NCBI RefSeq assembly: GCF_006345805.1
Contig: NW_021829041.1
Span: forward strand, 1 to 6,998
DNA: 6,998 bases
Reading direction: 5' to 3'
Source of the DNA: Octopus sinensis
Lineage: Eukaryota
Made by a program: the position numbers and the translations under genes. Below the pieces are notes generated by a model that worked only from the letters and a program-made list of their open reading frames with translations, ran no database searches and had not been told where the DNA came from. The stretch's first letter is position 1, and every line of letters starts with the position of its first letter. Positions 1-6,515 of the stretch are shown here, one piece after another.

Positions 1-483
1 TTTTCTTTCGCTTTCTATACTCTTCACTTTCCTCTTTCCCCAACACACAATATTTTGCTTTTTAGCACATTCTCACTCTTTCTTTGTCATTAATCTTTGA
101 TTCAATATCCTACAGTTTCTCTTTTTTATTTCTACTCTTCCTTTTCATCAACAGACCCACCTTCTACTCACTTCTTCCACGAATTACATTATATCTACCT
201 CCTGTATCTATTTATACAATCTTGCATTAAACACCTTCAATTCTATTCTAGCTCTCTCTCTCTCCATTTCAATTAACCAAAAGCCGAACCACCCTGCCAG
301 CAGCTATTTGTCCGAATATTTTGAAATGTAAAATGTACGTTTTTATTAAACAGATCTCGCAATGAAGACGAAATAAATTTAGTTAACTAATTACTTACTA
401 CGGATATATTTCTGTAGACAGAAAAATATAAGAACTATTTGACTAGGTTTCAGTTTTCATGAATCGTTATGACGGATAGATAT

Positions 484-897
484 CTCTCTTTTACTCTTTT
501 TACTCTTTTACTTGTTTCAGTCATTTGAGTGCGGCCATGCTGGAGCACCGCCTTTAGTCGAGCAAATCGACCCCAGGATTTATTCTTTGTAAGCCTAGTA
601 CTTATTTTATCGGTCTGTTTTGCCAAACTGCTAGGTTACGGGGACGTAAACACACCAGCATCGGTTGTCAGTCGATGTTGGAGGTACAATCACAGACACA
701 CAAACATATAAACGCACATACACATATATATATACGAAGGGCTTCTTTCAGTTTCCGTCTACCAAATCCACTCACAAGGCTTTGGTCGGCCCGAGACTAT
801 AGTAGAAGACACTTGCCCAAGGTGCCACGCTGTGGGACTGAACCCGAACCATGTGGTTCGTAAGCAAGCTATTTACCACACAGCCATTCCTACGCCT
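484..897 (-). mobile_element. Full-length tRNA-derived SINE with a CORE-like central segment (octopus OK/OR1/OR2-type; exact family not assigned)
   Basis: The minus strand begins AGGCGTAGGAATGGCTGTGTGGTAA. It has a Pol III A-box-like TGGCTGTGTGGT (875-886) and a B-box-like GGTTCAGTCCC (834-844). These are followed by CACCTTGGGCAAGTGTCTT (806-824), which resembles the MIR/CORE-SINE core GACCTTGGGCAAGT. There is an internal (TA)/(TG) tract (about 690-734) and a 3' tail of GAGTAAAA-like repeats (484-512). Confidence 0.88.
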
Positions 898-1086
898 ATC
901 TGTCCATGGAGATGTTAGTAGCTTATAACTAGTTATAATATATAAAAACTGGGACTCATATAAATTGAGCAGTCTAATTTGCATAGCAGAGCATGCGCTG
1001 GCAATGCGAGTTAATTACGCTATAGAGCGTTTTCGGATAATTTGAAACAAAAGGTACTACTATTTTAATAAAAAATACTTTATGAG

Positions 1087-1326
1087 AAGGCGGCGAGCTG
1101 GCAGAAACGTTAACACGCCGGACGAAATGCGTAGGCGTAATTTCGTCTGCCGTTACATTCTGAGTTCAAATTCCGCCGAGGTCGACTTTGCCTTTCATCC
1201 TTTAGGGGTCGATAAATTAAGTACCAGTTACGCACTGGGGTTGATGTAATCGATTTAATCCGTTTGTCTGTCCTTGTTTGTCCCCTGTATGTCTAGCCCT
1301 TTGTGTATAATAAAGAAAAAAAAAAA
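1087..1326 (+). mobile_element. Full-length tRNA-derived SINE with a Nin/Deu-like domain, A-rich tail and target-site duplication
   Basis: Head AAGGCGGCGAGCTGGCAGAAACGTT (A-box-like) and B-box GAGTTCAAATTCC (1162-1174). Central GCCTTTCATCCTTTAGGGGTCGATAAATTAAGTACCAG resembles the Deu/Nin SINE domain. A-tail at 1316-1326. The exact direct repeat ACTTTATGAG flanks the element at 1077-1086 and 1327-1336. Four homologous copies lie on the minus strand of this window. Confidence 0.9.
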
Positions 1327-1390
1327 ACTTTATGAGCTACGTTGTGCAAAGTTAAAGGGCTTATACCATAGGTTTCGTCACTTAACCCTT

Positions 1391-1438
1391 TAATAATATA
1401 AGTGGGATCAATATGACTAATAATATAAGTGGGATCAA
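1391..1438. repeat. Perfect 21-bp direct repeat with 6-bp spacer
   Basis: TAATAATATAAGTGGGATCAA at 1391-1411 and 1418-1438, separated by TATGAC. Confidence 0.9.
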
Positions 1439-1511
1439 CCTGCATTTGAAGATCAGAGGAATAATACTCAAATTTTGTATGAGAATACATGTATATGATA
1501 ACACGCAGAGA

Positions 1512-1625
1512 CTCTCTCTATCTCTCTCTCACACAGGCACGCACAAAGATACACACACAAACAAACACCCAAATACACACACACGTAGACATACATAAAC
1601 ACACACACATCCACATGCACACACA
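1512..1625. repeat. Compound degenerate (CT)n / (CA)n microsatellite
   Basis: CT run at 1512-1530 followed by interrupted CA repeats to about 1625. Confidence 0.85.
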
Positions 1626-1758
1626 AAAAATCTGTAAACTGTTTAAGAACAATATCAAAGATTTGGAAACCAAAACCCAACGATAGCTTCTTCGTCAAAA
1701 TAAAATTCTTCACCCGATGTCAGCAAGGAGGGAAAGGCGAAACTAAGGTGACGATATT

Positions 1759-1957
1759 ATGGTGTCGTATCTCTAAATAAAAATCCAAATTTTCCCCTAT
1801 TACAGAAGAGTCTTTAGGGAAGTTGATGGTCTTCTCTCGTTAAAGAAACTAGACCTCTAACAATGGGAATATCCTCTTTCCGGAAAATTCTGCTTGCTTT
1901 CATTCACTAAGTTTAAGTTACATATTATTGAAGGAACTAATGATCCCGCAATCATAA
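1759..1957 (+). pseudogene. Possible decayed leucine-rich-repeat coding relic (speculative)
   Basis: The frame from 1801 reads YRRVFREVDGLLSLKKLDL*. Restoring a CT dinucleotide at CTCTAAC (1855-1861) gives LLSLKKLDLSNNGNILFPEN, which matches LxxLxxLxLxxN. Only one repeat is convincing, and it needs a frameshift. Confidence 0.15.
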
Positions 1958-3097
1958 TTTTCATTAGCTTTCTTCTTGAAGTTCAATAATTTGTTATGCT
2001 CACCTTATGGAAAACAGAAATAGACATTAAACTAAATAGGAAAATGTAACCACCTCAGGGATATTATGAACAACTCAACCAAGAACACTTCTCTGATTGT
2101 AATCATATCTACCTCAATCATTCATCAGATAATTATAATGGTGCTACTAAATAAATATATGACAACTCCATACGAATGGAAATTATGAAACCGTGTTATC
2201 TACAATACTACTCTTCAACATAGACACTTGTTCACACAGGACATCCAATATTGTAAATTCAACTTATGATACGCCCTATTAAGTGGCCATACTACATGAC
2301 TGTTCAATTTATGAAATCACCTACTAACAATAACTAAATTGCTCTTATTATACAATTATTATATCTATCTTTTCATAACCTGAATTTTCTCATTCTAGAA
2401 GCTTTACGTATACTTTAAAAAAATTTAGTTTATAATGTATATTTTCGTAGATTTTTACTTTTGCAGCCTATTTAAAATACATTCTATATAGACTAATATT
2501 TTCCTGTGTCGTTTATTGTTATTATTTTGTTATTTGTTTCTTTCATTTTATATGTTTTTCCCTAGTTTTCCTCATAACTGGTACTTTTTACCGTTTTGTC
2601 TAGAGACCACGTGTTTCTTACTGTATTTGTCTTCTTTTTCTGTTCATGTTCGTCTCTCATGTCCGCCAGCATCTTATGTTCCTAACACCGCCATATTGAA
2701 CAATCTTATCGTAAGGTGTCGAGTGTTTGATGCTTGGTAGATAACTGATGGGGAATGGAGCATGCCTGAGTCCATTGTATGTGTTTTCCCTGATTTTCCG
2801 CCATTCCTTTATAGTCACCCTGTGCCATGTGCCAGTTATACAATTATACAGTTATAACTTATAGAATTTATAAAACTGATGAAACCATTTATATCCTACA
2901 CCTGGCACTTCATACACATTATACCTTACCCATTATCTCATTTACCCATTGTAAAACCATCACTTTTCCCTTTCCTACACATTCATCTTCACCCATGTAG
3001 ACCTACACTGTTAAATAAAAATCTATATATCCAAATAATGCTCACCGAGAGGGGAAGCCAATTTAAATCTATTTATACTTTGTCACTAAACTGTCAA

Positions 3098-3211
3098 GTA
3101 TATATATATGTGTGTGTATGTGTTTGTATGTATGTGTGTATGTATATATATATAATATATGTATATATATATTTATACATATATATATATATGTATATTT
3201 ATATGTATATA

Positions 3212-3243
<32 letters not shown>

Positions 3244-3280
3244 TATATATTATATATATATGTGTGTGTGTTGTGTGTGT

Positions 3281-3311
<31 letters not shown>
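3098..3311. repeat. Compound (TA)n / (TATG)n / (TG)n microsatellite
   Basis: Directly visible. It explains the YI/CV-rich ORFs 2879-3313, 3112-3321 and 3159-3368. Confidence 0.95.
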
Positions 3312-3314
<3 letters not shown>

Positions 3315-3365
3315 AGGTTGAAAAGGAAAACACGAGTTCATATATATATGGAAAAAAAGTCAACT

Positions 3366-3468
3366 TAGAAAATGCTGAAATCATTTTATAAAAAACATTT
3401 CAGTACCAGTTTCAGTGACTGAATCCGGTGCTGAAATATTTTTTATAAAATTATTTTAGCTTTTTCTA
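3366..3468. repeat. 103-bp near-perfect palindrome (51-bp arms, 1-nt centre)
   Basis: The left arm 3366-3416 matches the reverse complement of 3418-3468 at 44/51 positions with no gaps. The centre is G3417. Confidence 0.92.
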
Positions 3469-3542
3469 CTTTATATACATACATCTCTCTCAAATAGATA
3501 AGCGCTGATTGATAGAGTAATCACAGCAACACTCACTCCTTT

Positions 3543-3823
3543 CTTAGTTAAATATATCAACGATATATAATTATAGCCAAAAGATACAATGTTCAATACT
3601 TTGTCTCCTTCCATACATAACCTATTTATATTCCATAAGTGTTTCTAAGAGACATGGTTAATCACACTCTCAGACAACAAACTCATAACGAAGCTCTTCC
3701 CTCCATAAGGACTTGTGTGTTCGGCCGTGGATCAGCTGAATTACTAGAGAATCGGAAAGACAGTTATGTTAATAAAATAATAAAGTTTACATACCTGTAA
3801 ATTAGATATGAATGAAATACATT
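3543..3823 (-). repeat. Left arm of a diverged inverted duplication (partner 5393-5690)
   Basis: The reverse complement of 3782-3823 matches 5393-5434 at 35/42 positions, ungapped. Further collinear blocks: TCGTTATG (3684-3691 / 5546-5553), TGATTAACC vs TGATTCACC (3656-3664 / 5578-5586) and TTTAACTAAG (3543-3552 / 5681-5690). The outer boundary is uncertain. Confidence 0.6.
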
Positions 3824-3824
3824 C

Positions 3825-4047
3825 AATAATAATCCTTTCTACTATAAGTACAAGGCCTGAAACATTGGGATGGATGCCAGTCGATTACACTGGCCTGAGT
3901 GTTTCGCTGGTACTCAATTCATCGATTCCCGAAAGGATTAAAGGCAAAGCCGAACTTGGCAGAATTTGAAATCATAACGTAAAGACGGTCGAAATGCTGC
4001 TAAGCATTTTGCCCGGTGTGCTAACGATTCTGCCCGCTCGCGGCCTT
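3825..4047 (-). mobile_element. Full-length, diverged Nin/Deu-like tRNA-derived SINE with a (TTA)n-type tail
   Basis: The reverse complement starts AAGGCCGCGAGCGGGCAGAATCGTTAGCACACCGGGCAAAATGCTTAGC and is collinear with 1087-1255 through the B-box and Nin-like domain. It then has a different 3' tail, ...TTTCAGGCCTTGTACTTATAGTAGAAAGGATTATTATT. Confidence 0.88.
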
Positions 4048-4058
4048 AATGCATTGTA

Positions 4059-4132
4059 TAATAATAATAAATAATAATAATAATAATAATAATATAATAA
4101 TATAATAATAATAATAATGATAATAATAATAA
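4059..4132. repeat. (TAA)n microsatellite, interrupted
   Basis: Directly visible. Confidence 0.95.
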
Positions 4133-4337
4133 GACAAATACATAACAAAAACACCAGGACTTACAAACACATATAACATACAGAAAATTGCACTACTAGG
4201 CACTGCACACATCCTACGCAGAACACTTTCCATACAATAACCATCAGAGCATCACAACAAATCACAGCACATACCCAAGGCACACAGAGCTGTGCTCGGT
4301 AGTGAAGTGAAAGCACGCTATAAAAATAAAACTACTG
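4133..4337 (+). mobile_element. 5'-truncated 3' end of an R4/Dong-like (restriction-like endonuclease) non-LTR retrotransposon, family A
   Basis: 4133-4240 translates without interruption as DKYITKTPGLTNTYNIQKIALLGTAHILRRTLSIQ*. This contains the QKxALLGTAxILRxxL C-terminal motif of R4/Dong-type ORFs. A 3' UTR of about 100 nt follows, and the fragment is flanked on both sides by (TAA)n (4059-4132 and about 4340-4357). It is absent from the ORF track (no start codon, under 60 aa). Confidence 0.85.
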
Positions 4338-4359
4338 AAAATAATAATAGTAATAATTT

Positions 4360-4467
4360 GCACAAGGCCAGGAAATATGAAGGTTAGAGATTAATCGGTT
4401 ACATCGACCTAGCACTTGCCTGGTACTTTATTTTACCGAACTCGAAAGGATGAAAAGGTAAATCGAC
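4360..4467 (-). mobile_element. 3' half of a Nin/Deu-like SINE (fragment)
   Basis: GCACAAGGCCAGGAAAT...TTACATCGACCTAGCAC...CTGGTACTTTATTTTACCGAACTCGAAAGGATGAAAAGGTAAATCGAC is collinear with the copies at about 3848-3955 and 5150-5265. The tRNA head is missing. Confidence 0.75.
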
Positions 4468-4540
4468 ATGATAACAGCAAAAACATGTCGTCTCCTGTAA
4501 ATCCAATCACATCGAGTATGTATTGTCAAAGGAATAATTT

Positions 4541-4673
4541 TCGACACCAGTACACTTATAACTGATGTTCTAATTTTATCTGAACTCGGCAGAATTAAAG
4601 TTCTGAACATAAACGATCACAGAAAATAAATCTCACAGTAATTTCAAAGCACTAACCGTTCTTACAATTCACC
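4541..4673 (-). mobile_element. Highly decayed, internally deleted Nin/Deu-like SINE relic
   Basis: The blocks TCGACACCAGT...TAACTGATGTTCTAATTTTATC, GAACTCGGCAGAATTAAAGTTCTGAACATAAA and GCACTAACCGTTCT follow the order of the reverse-complemented SINE. The GAAAGGATGAAAGGCAAAG segment is missing. Confidence 0.55.
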
Positions 4674-4733
4674 TAATTTTTGTTTCTTTTTTTTAAAAGA
4701 AATCTTCGGTTCTTTTAATTTTTAAACTTTAAG

Positions 4734-4782
4734 TAACAACAACAGCAACAACAACAACAATAATAAAAATAGTAATAATAAT
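4734..4782. repeat. (CAA)n grading into (TAA)n microsatellite
   Basis: Directly visible. Confidence 0.9.
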
Positions 4783-5060
4783 AGATATCACAGGTTAGCT
4801 TGAGATATGAAGCAGTTATGGTCGATGAAAAAATATGGTAGTAGTACCAATAATTGTCGGAGCCCTGGGAACAGTGAGTAAAAATCTTGAGAAGTACAAG
4901 GAACAAATAGGGGCTGCAATAAGGGTGGAGCACTTGCAGAAAACAACACTCGAACCGCTCGAACACTCTGGATGGTGCTCGAAAAATAAGAGGTGTTACC
5001 TTAGTTCACTGGTATTGAACAGCTGGCACCGTAGTACATCTCTAGAAGCTGTGCAAAGAC
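4783..5060 (+). mobile_element. 5'-truncated, frameshifted 3' end of a second R4/Dong-like non-LTR retrotransposon, family B
   Basis: Reconstructed reading: RYHRLA*DMKQLWSMKK (4783-4833), +1 shift, MVVVPIIVGALGTVSKNLEKYKEQIGAAIRVEHLQKTTL (from 4835), shift, TARTLWMVLEK* (stop 4987-4989). This matches the C-terminal endonuclease-region pattern (K/R)YxxLxxxxxxLW...VxPIxVGALG...LQKxxLLGTAxxLxxVL. A short 3' UTR runs into (TAA)n. Confidence 0.85.
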
Positions 5061-5065
5061 AATAA

Positions 5066-5133
<68 letters not shown>

Positions 5134-5136
5134 TAA
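5061..5136. repeat. (TAA)n microsatellite, near-perfect
   Basis: Uninterrupted TAA run at 5068-5130, between the LINE 3' end and the tail of a minus-strand SINE. Confidence 0.95.
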
Positions 5137-5137
5137 G

Positions 5138-5313
5138 CCTTTCTACTGCGAGCACAAGACAAGACAAGAAATTTTGTTGGGTACGGATTAGATGTTTACA
5201 TCTGCACCAGTGCTTGACGTGTACTTATCTTATAGACTCCGAAAGGGTGAAATGCAAAGTTGACCTCGGAGGAATTCGAACTCTGAACGTAAAGACAGAC
5301 GGAATGCTGCTAA
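5138..5313 (-). mobile_element. Nin/Deu-like tRNA-derived SINE lacking about 35 nt of its 5' head
   Basis: CCTTTCTACTGCGAGCACAAG...GACTCCGAAAGGGTGAAATGCAAAGTTGACCTCGGAGGAATTCGAACTCTGAACGTAAAGACAGACGGAATGCTGCTAA is collinear with 3834-4003. The B-box GAGTTCGAATTCC is present on the minus strand, and the A-box region is absent. Confidence 0.85.
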
Positions 5314-5392
5314 TAGTTATTATTTCTCTTTTTTTTTAAATCCTTGCCTTCAAACATTCATACGGGAGTAACCATCATCATTATTATTATAA

Positions 5393-5690
5393 AATGCATT
5401 TCATACATTACTAAGTTATAGGTATGTAAGCTTTTTTTTTTAATATTATTAACGTAAAGTATTTTCCATTCCCATTACATAACTACCTTTCAAAATACTT
5501 AAAACTTGTGTTTTTTTCATAACGTTACACAAAATATTCCTAATATCGTTATGTGCCTGCTTCACGGCTTGTCAAAATGATTCACCGAACTCCTTTGCAT
5601 AGTCAGTATTTCAGTATAACTTTTTCATTATTCCAACTGTTCCTAAGATGAAAAACAGGATGTTTGTAAATAATTAAGCTTTTAACTAAG
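5393..5690 (+). repeat. Right arm of a diverged inverted duplication (partner 3543-3823)
   Basis: See the left arm: a 35/42 ungapped core plus three collinear blocks with similar spacing. Confidence 0.6.
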
Positions 5691-5942
5691 GAAAAAATTT
5701 ACACTCAAATTTCCTCGTAAATTACTTATTTCTTCCCAAGCTTAAACACAGACATTAAATATGTGTGTATTAATCGCCTCTTGATATTTTAAATTCTTAA
5801 CATGAAATGTTCCTGGTAGAGAACTTTTCATTTCAAGAGAGGCTATATTCGGTTCGTTATATATGCGCTAGTTCCATGTCCCTTCAACGTTGTCACCGTT
5901 TTAAATTCAAAATTTCGTGACCGAAAGCTATACTGAGGCTTC

Positions 5943-6007
5943 AGATGTACCTGTGTCGTCCACAAACTGAAGAAGCGTGTAATCGCAGAAACATTAAGAT
6001 GTCTGGA
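5943..6007 (+). ncRNA. Degenerate hammerhead-ribozyme-like motif (candidate)
   Basis: CUGAAGA (5967-5973), stem II GCG/CGC (5975-5977 / 5984-5986) and GAAA (5988-5991). Stem III ACAU can pair with AUGU ahead of a GUC triplet (6001-6003) or a GUA triplet (5947-5949). Stem I is imperfect and the 10.1-11.1 position is A-A. Confidence 0.25.
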
Positions 6008-6148
6008 AGGTTAACGAATATTGACATATTTTCCTTAAATTTACACATTCCATCTAACCGTTACACATAGTGCAATGCCAGCGAGCGGTGTGTAAATGAA
6101 TTAAAATTTGCTATGGGCAAAACATTGTGCCCACTAACTATAGATCTT

Positions 6149-6212
6149 ACACACGCACACACACACATTCACACAGACAGACATACAGACAGACAGACAC
6201 ACACACACACAC
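6149..6212. repeat. Compound (CA)n / (CAGA)n microsatellite
   Basis: Directly visible. Confidence 0.92.
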
Positions 6213-6447
6213 TCAAACTTATGTATTTATGTAAACGCTATAAAGCGCGACACGTAACTAAATTTCCAACTTAGTAGCAAGTTCCTCATTCCACTCCAGT
6301 ATGTAGTGCAATACGGCGCGTGGCATCAAACGATGGAATAAGATAGTATAACAGGGTATTATGCAATTCTAGCAGTAATTTTCCGAAACGCGTATATGCT
6401 TTATAAAGCATAAAATACTATATATACTTTCTGTATTTCATCAATAT

Positions 6448-6450
<3 letters not shown>

Positions 6451-6508
<58 letters not shown>
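6451..6508. repeat. Perfect (CT)29 microsatellite
   Basis: Uninterrupted CT run; pyrimidines continue to 6521. Confidence 0.97.

Positions 6509-6515
<7 letters not shown>

Noticed and set aside
834-897. tRNA gene calls for the SINE heads (also 1089-1180)
   Set aside because: A and B boxes are present, but there is no convincing cloverleaf and each head continues into a SINE body and tail.
481-901. TATCT at 481-485 and 897-901 as a TSD of the CORE-like SINE
   Set aside because: Only 5 bp, overlapping the low-complexity tail and the element's 5' edge; not distinguishable from chance.
529-984. ORFs 529-711, 675-863 and 772-984
   Set aside because: They lie within or overlap the SINE at 484-897 and show no protein motif; these are chance frames.
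1352-1393. TTAAAGGG / CCCTTTAA inverted octamer with a piggyBac-like TTAACCCT
   Set aside because: 8-bp AT-rich arms, and no matching second piggyBac end (AGGGTTAA) was seen.
1391-1438. CRISPR-like repeat-spacer-repeat
   Set aside because: Only two repeats, a 6-bp spacer, eukaryotic context and no cas genes.
1293-1713. ORFs 1293-1490, 1413-1598, 1468-1713 and 1489-1686
   Set aside because: Open frames arising from the CA/CT microsatellite and the 21-bp duplication (HT/CV-rich translations).
2516-2840. ORF 2516-2740, and minus-strand MAVLGT* (about 2676-2696) as a third LINE C-terminus
   Set aside because: The ORF is T-rich low complexity. The 6-residue similarity to ALLGT has no supporting flanking motifs or TAA flanks.
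2821-2863. Short tandem units TGTGCCA x2 and CA(G/A)TTATA x3
   Set aside because: Ordinary slippage micro-duplications with no further structure.
2876-2886. CTGATGA hammerhead half-motif (also minus strand at 2122-2128)
   Set aside because: No stem II plus GAAA plus NUH arrangement follows either occurrence.
2879-3368. Longest ORF (144 aa) and overlapping ORFs
   Set aside because: Half is TA/TG microsatellite and the rest is G-poor low-complexity sequence; no domain.
3972-5339. ORFs 3972-4154, 4021-4233, 4428-4610, 4715-4966 and 5130-5339, and 4835-5065 as a gene
   Set aside because: These are antisense or chance frames across (TAA)n, SINE and LINE fragments. 4835-5065 is real coding remnant only to about QKTTL and belongs to a dead retrotransposon.
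6039-6097. 9-bp inverted repeat ATTTACACA / TGTGTAAAT
   Set aside because: Short, AT-rich, 41-nt spacer and no TSD; compatible with chance.
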